A stretch of 64,000 nt of DNA, taken from positions 26,536,001-26,600,000 of the forward strand of contig OZ004611.1 of NCBI GenBank assembly GCA_963924565.1, given 5' to 3'. The stretch is from Ascidiella aspersa (taxonomy: Eukaryota). The notes under the pieces were generated by a model, which saw only the letters and a list, made by a program, of their open reading frames with translations, was not told where the DNA came from and ran no database searches. Position 1 is the first letter of the stretch. Each line of letters starts with the position of its first letter. Positions 40,401 through 52,400 of the stretch are shown one piece after another. A program made the position numbers and the translations under genes.

Positions 40401-43400
40401 AACTAAAGGGCAGAAATGGCGACTTGTAAACTGTTTAATACTAATTAAAATTCAACAACTGAAGTGTTTATCAACTTAAAAATAATTAGGATTATTGACC
40501 AGTTTTCAAGTTGCGATTTACGTCCTATGAGTTTTGTTTAATGCCACCTAGTCTTTTTGCGGCTATATTGCTTCAAAAAGATTTAAACAATAAAAACTTA
40601 ATGTTTAGGGCTAAGCAGCCGCCCGAAGCTTGAAGTGATGAATGAACTGAACAAAGAGAATCGACGAATCGGGTAGGGAAAATATATATCACGTTATTTA
40701 AACTGTTGCCACCAGGTATAATATTAATCAAACAATAGCTCGTCTGAAAACGGTGGAAGAGAAATGTAATTACCAAAGGAGATATTTTTGATTAATATAT
40801 ATCAGGTGTCCTTTCGGCTGTTGTGATAAACGACAGAATGAGGAAGTTACACACGTTTATCTGTACTGAATAGTTAATATCATTTTTATTAACACTGCAA
40901 AGGTATCTAATATATGTTATTTATGTTTGGTTTAAAAACTGATTTTTTAAATTTAAAATAACATCGGTATGAAAAATCACAATTGTTCTTGACATTTTTG
41001 TACAATTTCCTAAAGTTATAGATAGATTCGAGTAACAACCTCAACCATAAGATTGAAACAACTTAATTGAATGATAAAACGAAAACAAAAATAACCATAT
41101 TTTCTCCGATTGTTACACCCATAAAGGCATGAACTATTGACAAAACATCTAAAAACAGAGAAATATGCCGATTTTATTAAAAGGTATGGCTTTGTTATTG
41201 AATGTAAAAATATTAAAAACAAAGACAAAATCTAATAGATGTCGAATTTAAATATTTATCTTTGACATTTACAATAACACCTAATCTTAATACCCCACTA
41301 ATACGTTTCGATGCAGAAAAATTCCCAGTCCTGAAAAGAATGATCTGGAAGCTGTGACGCGGGACATGTCCCTCCTACGACCGACATATGTAAGTGGATG
41401 AAGCGTTTAAGCTACCAACTTTATATTAGGGAAGGTGCTTTGCAGCCATTACGCACGCAAATCGCGTATATTAATTAAACAATTTCAATAAAATCTTTAA
41501 ATCTGTTATATTCGATAAAATCATTCTTCATCGAATATAATGGCTTTATTATTTTATTGAAACACTAAAAAAACGTGTATTGTGTTTCAAGTTGATTAAA
41601 TAAATTGTCAGGTTGGTAAGATTGTTAGGAATATTTCTTTTTTGATAGACGGAGATTTAAACTTACTGTGCAAAATTTATCTGGAATTTGATAAGGGGCG
41701 ACTCACTCTTTCGTGTTTAACTTCTGCCCTTTTTTTTTTATCTTTTTTATTTTAATGGCACATCTAACGGCCGTTTAGTTACATTCTTGTTTACTAAATC
41801 ATGTTTTCAGGAAACGACTTTTTCTCCTGTGATGGACTTGAAAGTCAAATCCGGGTGAGTTAATACAAAATGTAAACAAAATTGTTCAAGCTAATTAACC
41901 AGTAACTTCTAACTGATTTTGGCATAGTTTCCTCCAAAAAAAAATAGTTCATTTATCCTGCACAATAAAGTATTAAAGTGTTATTTATTATACCGCATTG
42001 AGCGGCATGAAGTAAGTTATTGTTCTTTAAAACATGTCGATATTTATTTGAAAAACATGCGAACATCACAAGTAAGTAAGTAATGTTTATTTTATGTTCA
42101 CGCCGTGAAAAAACTACAAAGAATAAGCATAGAATAAATGTATACGCGATATTTCCGAAGCAGCGACAAAAAAATATATATATTCTAAAAATTAAAAAAA
42201 TTAGTTTTTCGTAAAGCAAATCGAAAAACAGTGTGGATATTAAACAACTGTGGTCTGTGTCAACTTCAACCCTAAACGTGACCATGAGTACTGATCGGTT
42301 CAACTTTCATCAGCATAATCAATTACAATATAGCGACAAAGGGGGGAAAATAAACCACCCCGTCCGTGTGTTGGCAATTCCGGCCTCTGGCAAGAAACAA
42401 ACTAGAATGCGCAGCGTAATCAAGTCATTAGATTGTTTGCTCATGTTATCAGCGATATGTCAAGCAACGTGGTGTCTTAAAGCAAAGCTATGCGCGGCGT
42501 CAGCAAGGTTCAAACTTGCATGCCCCGCTTTGCATGACTTCGGGTCAGACAAGGCCTTGGAAACTTGAAATACAGCCATCGGCTGATTTGAATGACCGAC
42601 GACTTATGCGAACCGGACAGTCTAGACTCGAGAAGGCTAATTTTGCTTATCATGACACGTGCGTAAGGTAGACTGCTTGAGAAAGCATATTTTATATAGG
42701 TCTATAGATGCCCTGTCGTGACAGAAATGTGATACATTGACGTGCCGTGACACAGATTTGTAAATACCTTCTTGTTGTAAACACTTTTAGTTGCATAAAA
42801 TGCAAATCAACTCTTAAAAAAACTGTTACTATTATAAATCGCACTGCTTTTATCCGTACTTGCAACAAGGTTTTATGCTCAAGGTCTACACTATTAAAAG
42901 CTAAATAAGTATGGACAATATAGCCGCAAATACGTATATTGTTAAAACCTTATAGGCACTTTGGGCTTTTTGGGATAAAATACAGAAATCGGTCGACAAA
43001 TATTGACCTGTCTCTATTTTTTGAGTTTCTATTTGGCTTTAACAACAATTTGAAGATTGTCCATATGATTTGAGAACCTAAACATTTAAATTAATCTTTA
43101 TTAGTTCGACTTGGGTATTCCCAATATTCATCATTTTCTTTAATTGTCTATAAAAATTGACCCAAAAGTAGTACAGGCTCATTAATGCCATTTAAGTGTT
43201 TAAAAAGTAGTCCAAAGCCAAAGCGGGCGCTACCATTGCCGCTATTCACTCAAGCCCCACTTTCCCTGTTTATGGCAGTCGCGGTGATCCCTTTACAAAA
43301 AACAACATAAAGCCCGTGGCGCGGGTCAGGTCAAGGCAGAACAACAGGGGCAAGCAGAATATATATATCTTTGCCTTTGTTACGTCGCGTACTTGCCGGG

Positions 43401-46400
43401 CGATCGGTGACGCGGCTCCTTTGTGAGAGCGGCGGTGTAAATACCGTTGTCGGATCGTTTCTGGGCTAGCGCGGCGGGGCATCGGGCTCTGGGGCGTTCG
43501 GCGACGGCCATAAATCGACGGGAGGCCCGCAGAGCGATCCGCAATTAGCCGTGGAGCGAATCGCGGCGATATGGGAACGCACTGCGCTTCCGTATCACGA
43601 TTCGTTTCGCTCTTCGGCGTCCCCTCAATACCTTTCTGCTGCTGCGATGGTAAGGCGGACGTAGCGGATCGGGCAAGGTGGATCAGCCAATTGTGAGGTA
43701 CATTGTCTCGCTTTCGGACGACTAACCCCTGCTTGCGCGCTATAGGCATCGATATGCACGATTCCCAAGCTAATCGGCTTGGGAAATTCCGTGCGGCGTT
43801 GTGTTGTTTTCTGTACTGGAAACTGCAACGGGATTAGGCTCGTTAGCCGGCGTTTATCCGCTAACGCCCGTGCTTACGCGGCGATTTGCGGATTTGCTCA
43901 GTGAGACTTGTACCACCCTCCCCCTAACCCGACGCCCCCCACCCGGGTGTTTGTCCGCTTTTCACCGACGCATCGAAATTCCGACCGACTTGTGTCGTCA
44001 TATGTGCGAAGTGGCCTCTAGGAATTTGTCAGCCTAATGAATTGGTGTGAACCTGTCGCACCCTCGGCAATAGCAGCTAACTAGAAGCCGTTTCTCAATA
44101 ACGAAGGAAAACAAATTGTAAAAGCGTTAGAAATTTTTCAACATTTTTCTCTTTTATCTGAAGTGTCGATATCGGTGTAAAAAGCTAAAATAAAAAAATA
44201 AACAACAAAACTTGAAATTAAAAAATAGCGTTTACTATAAAACCGTTTTCACTAATAAAACAACGTTTTGCAAACTCGGGAATTTATTTTAACTGGCAAT
44301 CGCAGTGGTCGAGCTACAATCCTTCCCTGAAATATCGTCAATTTTAGATCCTAACAAAACGTTCAATAAAAATAAATAAAACTACCGCTTTCAAGTGCAT
44401 CGCGCGGTAAAACGATAAACAACGCGACCTGAAGCATTTTAAGCGCTGCATACATTTGCGGGATCACTTCTGTTTAGCGAGGAAAATCGTGTGATTACCC
44501 GCGTTGCAAGACTGCTGTCACCAGTTTCCTGGCCAAGGCCAAAGCGGCGGCACCTTTACGGCCTAACAAGCCACGACAGGCGTAGGTTTCTGTCGACGGA
44601 CGAATTGTCATGCGATTTCGCGTCCATTTGCATTCACCTAATGAAATTGCCCATACGCGTGACGTTACCGCTCTGAAGAGACACGTGTTTGTGGTGATGT
44701 TTGAATTCGCCCGATAGGTTTGGCATTCGTATTAATGCCGAAGGAACTATTTACGGTTCTGTGATATGTCACAAGATTGAGAATACGACTTTCGTGGTGT
44801 AACTTTCTCATCGCTGAGCGGTGTAAGTAATTCAAGGCAAATCAAGATACCCTTCAGAAAATATTTGCACAATGTAGCGGTTAAAAAACGTCGCAACACA
44901 CAATATACATCTTGAAAAACACGATCTAACGTAAATCGAAAAACACGAATAAAACTAAAACTGTTTTAGCCTAGTAAGAATACCAAAGCCCACACAGCAG
45001 TAGTTTTTATTTTGAACGTTTCGAATACATCTTTATTCATTTTTTTCAATTTTAGCCTAGTGATTTCCAACAAAATCCAAGTTACAACGCCTGGTCAAAC
45101 ACCTAACTGCGGATTTGCTATTAAGTTACGCAAACGATATAAACGGCCTATAGCTCTGTGGGCATAAAACGGTTACGGCCTTCATTTGGCCCGACCAGGT
45201 AAATCGGCTATTGTGGCCAAACCATAAACCGTCCAAAGCCTTCCGGTCCTTGGCCTTTGGCCTTGCGGCCCAGTTTCAGGTAGACATGGCGTCTCGAGCG
45301 CACAGGCGGTCAGCCATTTTCCAAACGCCCTGGCGGCGTCTCGTGCGTACCTGGCTGTCTCGCCGCCATTTACCTGTATCGAGATTTAACTTTCCCCGTC
45401 GTCGCGATGTTTTTGTTCGCATGCGACAAATCACACTAAATCTGTTACACTACTCATTTTTACATCACACTAAATCATTTTAAACTCATGTTTTTAAATC
45501 ACACTATTTTTTTAGGAAAATGTTATTGTTTTGTATAAAAGCCATTTCACGGGCATACTAAAGTTTATTGAATTTTGCTTCTTATTTAAAAAAAATCTTG
45601 GCGTGAATAAAAAATATAAAGAGTTTTTTACGCGTAAAGGAAATAAATGTTTTTATTTTATATTTAGAAAAACATATCTTATCCTGAAGTAATTTTGCGT
45701 GTTAAGCAGAAATTGTAACAAATAGTATTTCGCCGAAGAGGTAAAGTGTACAGGCATATTCTAAAATCTAAACAATCGAGTATTTTTAACTTACCATTTA
45801 CTAAAATGGCACAGTTACATCAATTTACCGTAACTTTCGAATTGGTTCTATTAAAAATTGATCTCTCGGTTCATAGGTAATTATCAACCACGGAATAGAT
45901 AAGTGTATAGTTGTATGTCAAACATGAAGTATTATTTGGGGCACTTTCAAATTAACGCACTACTGAGCAATGTGTTACTCTGGCGGAGACTTTTATTGAT
46001 TTGTGAGTGAAATCGATTAACTTTAAAGAAACGACAACAGAGCTATATGTGGAGCAAAATTCACGTCAATTGAACGCATAAAAACATGGACATTATCTTT
46101 CACGACATAATAACTCCCAATCGTTTTACCCAATTCACGCATTAGAGCTTAAACCCTAATTGGGATAACAGCAATGCCAAAAATATCGCTTTCCACATGC
46201 CTAGGTCTCCATATGAGCATTGCACGCACATTTTCCCAAGCTCAACGACATTGAATTGGTAAAGAAGAACATAGCGCCTCTAAACCAATGCACAAACCAG
46301 CGATATCCTGCTACCACGTGGTATACAGGAGGTGCAGGCTGAACGGCCTTCCATATGCTCTGGCCTCCTATACCGTAGCCTTTTTGTTTTTCACTACACA

Positions 46401-49400
46401 ACGCGGCGCTTAACGGATGCAAAACGCTTCGTGGAACGTTTGGATTTCGTCCCGCCGCTCGCTCCATTGTCTATCGCGGCACCGATTTTCCGCCCGGCCC
46501 GCGTACCCAGCGTGGCCATTGTGCCCGAACATCCCCTAATGGGTCAGGGGGGTCACGGTGCGTTTCGGGCGCATGAGAAAATCATATTTTTCCAGTCGCG
46601 CGCGCAACACAAAAAAAAACTCGAAACGAAACGGTTTCGCGACGCCTATTCAATCAAGGCATGAGAGCGGTGCGGCGAAATTACCGTGATCTGGCCATTT
46701 TACGCTCGGCGAGCCTTCTCTGTGGCTGTTTCTGTGGCGTTTTTTTATTAGGCGACCCCGCCGCCGACCTTGACACATGTTCGTGTCAGGGATGAGTGAT
46801 AACGGGTCAAAGAAATGTCCCACCCCGCGTCTTAACGTTTCGTCGCATTAGCGGTAATAGGTAGATCTGTGCCCTGGGCTCCGAACTGATTCGCTCTCGA
46901 TTTAAACGCGTGGCTGCGGCGACGGATTTGTTCTGTCTGTTTTGAGCGCTCCCCGACAGCGTTTTTGAAGTATTACAGCGATTTTTACGCGTGGATACGT
47001 TAATGCGGCCTTCGCTTTTCCACATTAGGCCTTTTTGCCTGCGAGTTCACATAAATTTACGTCCCGCCAACGAAGGCAACATGTTTCCAGCCCGGCGTAT
47101 TGACTTCGCCTTCAAAACGCCTTACTGCGTTTGACGAATTCGAAATGACTGCAATTTAATTACAGAAAATAACCACTTTTGTTTCAAAACGTATGGTTTG
47201 TGACCAGTTTGCCACTAAAACATTTTTACATTGATTGAAAGCATGTTTTAGTGAGCGCAAATATTTTAAACATGACTGGACAGAGTCACAAATGAACTAC
47301 AATTTTAAAATTAGTACCATTAAGAGAAACCTATTTCATTTAATTTACAACGATTCATTTTGATTTGCGTCTCCAATGTTTATATACTTTGCGACGAATC
47401 TGAATGTAAGTGCGAGAGATGAATTTTTTATTGCACAACTGAATGAACTAGGATGGCTGCATTTCTACACCTTAAACACAACAGCGATCGTGGTCAACAC
47501 TGTATCTAAACGCATGCTACCAAATGTATAGCATACGGGTCTTATAGTTACTACAGCCGGTTATTCACGTGCCGTGGAAGCCAGTTATCGAAGGCTGTTC
47601 GTTTTGCCGATAAGCGCGTACGGTAAACGTCAAATACACGTGCTCAGCCGTCACGTTTCTCCATAAGCAGCGATATAGCAAAAAGCGACGTCAGTGCTAT
47701 TAGCACCCGTATGCAATGTGGCTTGTTTATGCTGACGCGTATGACATGGACGAGAATTCGACGCAACTGACGGGAAATCAAAGTTTAAGAACTAATTGCG
47801 GCCTGTTACGTAATCACCACGCGCAATCGAGTAATTTTGTTGCAACTTTTCGAAACGGCACCTATATTTTTGCGCGTACACTGACGTACAACTAACTGTT
47901 GGTCCGCATTTAAACCCGCTTTCAGTCATTAAGTTGCACATTAGGTGTCCACAAAATAGCATTAACGCATTGGTACACCGAAAAGCAATTGCGGAGTCAC
48001 CCAAACTGTCGATCAGTGATGCAAGTCTTTCATTAATACGAATTACGTTAAAATCGCATAACCAGACTAAACGGGCCGTTTTCGCTGCACACTTTTTACA
48101 CGAACATTTGAAATACAAAAATAATGATCTACATCATTTGTGTGACACGGCCATATGGATCAGGTCACACATCATCGTCTATTCCGCGTCTGTTGCACCT
48201 GCTCCGGTTAATTCACAATAGCGAATCGTTGTTAAAGGACACCAGTTAACATTCGGCCTATTCCCGCGCCCGTTCACTTTCATTACGCTTGCAGCGGTTG
48301 GTTTTTTCCACGCAGTCAGCAGGTTAAGCAAATTTGCTGTCCCAGCGTCGACCCCAGGCCGCGGCATTTGTGAGCGGGTACCGACTGAGGTCCCCCGGGT
48401 TGCTGTGAACCTGATTCGGGCTCGCTTTCAGTGCGTTTTAACCCACATACGCCCGCTGCGTATTGTTACTGTAGGCCGGCAGGGCGGCGGCTGTCTGTAC
48501 ATCCGGACTGACTGGATAGATGATAGTTTGCGAAAATGTTTTTCGGCGTGTGTGACGAATGGATGGATGTCACGCTGGCAAGCGAGCGTGCAGCTGGAAA
48601 ATGGGCGCGCGCGTTTTTGCCTGTCCTAGATTTTACACCGAGGTGCCTTTTGCGGTTTAGCGAAAACCGAACTTTTTAGGGATGTAGAAATGTGAAATAT
48701 GCTTGACACATTATAGATATCGTTTGTAGCTTACATCCTCAATTCAACATAGCAAAAAAGACATATTCCTAGATAATGAATTGCAAAGCCAAAAAGGTAG
48801 AGTAGGTCGACATCATCTTGATAATTAAGACGTTTCGATTCGAACTTGTACCATCTTCAGTTAATGATACAACTTCGTATCGAAACGTCTTAATCAAAAT
48901 GCTGTCGATCTACACGACCTTTTTTGTTGAAATTTATTTTCAACCTATATTACAGATTCGTGCATTGTGTACCCAGAAATATTCATCGTTTTTCAAAAAA
49001 TTGTAGCGTTGCCTTTTCGACTGGGAGAGTTATATAATCGAGAGTTGTAGCGGTACATCGCCTGCTTGTACAGATGCACTATGCAGGTCATACTAGCAAA
49101 AAATGTCGTAAGGGAAATTTTTGTATAAACTTGATGTTTTTATGAATAATATTAATCGAGTCTCTTTCCATATATGTTGATGCAAACGTGTATCGCCATT
49201 ACTATGGTGTATATTGGCTGTATAGATTCGCGCCACTTTAAATTGTAGAAGTCACGACAGAACTTTATCGCTCGGAATTTTGTGCGATTGTGGAATGGCA
49301 AGAAAATAGTAAAAAAATAGCAAGGAATTTGAATTGTGCAAAAGTTTTAACCATCGCATTCTTTGCAATTCACAAACACAAAGTCACTTTGTTGTTTTTG

Positions 49401-52400
49401 ATTATTTTACGATAAAGTGCCTCAAAAAATCTTTTTTGCACACCAGCAGTAGTAAATTTCATACCCGGTCGGTCGTACAACGAATTTCCACATCAGCGAA
49501 TATTTACATTCGGGTTTACTTGAAATTCTTTACAACGTGCTAAGATTCGGTTGAGCCAATCAGAAATTGCCAACCACGAAATCCATTTTTTTTTTAATTT
49601 TTTTAAAAGCGAAAAGTTTCGGGCTTTCTTACAGTTTTTTGATAACGAAAGATTCCTCGACTGACACGAGTTACAACCCAGAGTATATATGCATTACGTT
49701 TGTTATTACGATTAGACGAACCAAGGCGACACGTCGTCCAGCCGGGCTGCCGCCACAATGCCGTGGCCGGACCGCCCGCTGTTCAGGGGGGCATTTTTTC
49801 GGCGGCCGATTTTTTCCTCTCCCCGCCGTTCGCTAGTTTATCTTTCGAAGGCGACCAGAAGCAGTTTCACAGTTGAACCACATCGGCAACGGTGCGCGCG
49901 TGTTCTAACAGTGTGGTGCGAAAGGTGAAAGCATCACGGGTCAGGTCAGGACAGTTCGACGTGTGACGAAAAGCCAGCGTTTTGTGTTGCTTGGACCAAG
50001 TCGGTTGATTGCGCTTTCGGTTAAATGAAAGATGGGTTAATAATGAGTTCGGCAGTAGGCTTTGTTGTTTGTTAAAGTCACACAAACCAGTTAAAATATC
50101 GCAATTTTATTTGTAAGAGTTTTTGAGCTTCACCAAAGTTGAATAATCGCAATTTTATTTGAGTTACACCGAAAATGATTTTTAAACAAGTTTTTTCTTT
50201 CTATCCGTTAAAACCTTTATGGTTCATTTTTAGATCTTATATGATATGGAGAAAATGTGAACAACTGACAGTGTTGGAGCAAGCTAAAACTCGATAATAA
50301 TATTAAATAACAAATTTTAAAGAAGAGTTTTGCCTTCAGCGCTTGTTTAATTAGGTAGTCGTTAGTTAAAAACATTTATTACGAACGGGATTTACAAAGC
50401 AACAGTCATTTTTTACCCCTATCTAAATATATTTCCAAAGTTGTACATAATATAGCAGCACGGCCTGCCCGACCGTAACCAAAATTCAAATCAGGTGGTA
50501 AACCGAAAATCGATAACTGCGGGTAGCATGTTTGGCTAAATTAACAGGTTAGTGATGTTAAAAACACAGTCAGACGAAAAGCCGTAAGTCGTAATATTTG
50601 CAAAAGTTTTAAATCGTTCTTGCGATTGGCTTCAGAAGGCAACAAACAAGCAATTTGATGAAGTGCGTAGATTTGACCTTAAACCTCAAACGTGGCACCA
50701 AAAGGGTTGACCTAAAATAAACGTGTCCGTTTTCCGCGCGCGTCAGATGCAGAATGCAAAACCATGCGTCTGTGGCTTAGTTAAATTAATAGACCTGCCT
50801 TGCGTATGCACAGCGAACGTGCGTTTTTATTGCACTTACATGTACACGCTTTGCGCGTTCGAAATTTTCCGATTCGGGGACGTCACGTGAAAGCTTGTCT
50901 AGCTTCAAAACGAGTAAACAAGGCTTGTTTTGCTTGTTTTAGTTGTTTTGTCGCTCGGTTTAGGCAGCAGTAAGTTTTTAATAAGTTATAAGCGAAATTT
51001 CGAAAAGAATATATGTTAGTTTATTAGGAGTAAATGATAAGCCAGAACTTTAGGAGCAGTTCTTTCAGTTAACAGAAATGGCGTAATTTAAAATAAAAAC
51101 CCTGGTCGTTGCGAGCAGCGTAGTTTTGAACTATTGTGTGAAATTAAAAATGTAGCTTGACAAACGTTAGGGTTATAAGATTTTAAAGCTGCGAATAAAG
51201 TTTTTATTATTAAGAGATTGAACATAAGCTTTATTTAAATGACTTTATCTAAATTTAGCAATAATTTTAAGGTAAATAAAATTGAATAACGGAAGCTTTA
51301 ATTTACTATTGCGCGATCGCGAAGAAAAATGATTTTTGTAATTCGAAAGCAAAAATAAAATAAATGTGTGTGACAGTGTTTAAATACCGTAGCGTCTATG
51401 GCAAAGGCACTAAATATTCACCAGCCATCGCACGCAATCAAGAGATTACATCATGTTTATTAGGAGAGCGGGCCTTGTCTTGAAATGATGTTAAAGCGGC
51501 GAGCAATTATTATTCACGAACAGTGGCGGCAAGAAAGGTTGACAACCTGTGGCTAAATGCCGCCCCTATGTGAATACGATGCTGTATCGTAACGTTATTT
51601 CATGCCTATACCCTTCTTCACAGTTTAAAGTAAATAGCCGAGGGGTTGGGTTAGGTATTGCGGAATAATCACCCGTTGTAGCCCTTTCGTTCGAGTATAA
51701 GCCCACAAAGGCTTATAAAGGTTGTATGAAAAAAATACAAAGAGTTTCAATACGCAGGGGTAACACAGGGGGCAGCACATCCGCGTCATTCAGTATTTCT
51801 TATACAGTCTTCGATACCGCGCTTTGAGGCTATTGCGAGTTATTGTCATGAAATTTGCAATCCTGAAAATTCCATCAAGCTCTTCTATGATACAATCGAA
51901 ATAAGGCCTTTATTTCTTAAACCAATAGGGCGAATTTGGACCTCGAAAGGAATTGCTCAAAGTCCTGTCCTAAACAGATCTTGGTAACGAAGAAAGGCGC
52001 TATTAAAATAGGAAGGTCGTATAAAGTTTGTCATGCAGTCAGATTGCATAGATTTCTAAGATTTTTACATTCCAGAAGCAAACGATTACCTTCATGTTTT
52101 CAGTTGAACGCCATTAGACATTTTTTTAACTTAAATTACCTGATAGGTTTTGCGCTTCGGGCGTCCTACTTTTAGATTCGAAGTGTTTTTTACAGCCTTT
52201 TGTAATGTTATGCACCCCCATCGCTTAAAGTTCCCAGCAATGACAACAAAAATGGTTTACAACAAAAATTTCGTGACGATTTTAACTTGCACTTAAATTA
52301 ACCATTTGACCAAGCTCACCCAGCTAAATATTTGTCATACAGTCAGATTGCATAGGTTCCACAATTACAACGAGTTGTTTATTTACTTTTTAACCCTACA

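Noticed and set aside
40806-40870. Alternative bridging exon ([14 protein letters not shown])
   Set aside because: No good donor in the needed phase; 40609-40672 fits better.
43270-43749. 159-aa minus-strand ORF and similar GC-island ORFs (26205-26683, 22375-22758, 5971-6321)
   Set aside because: Explained by local high GC; no splice-compatible structure or recognisable domain.
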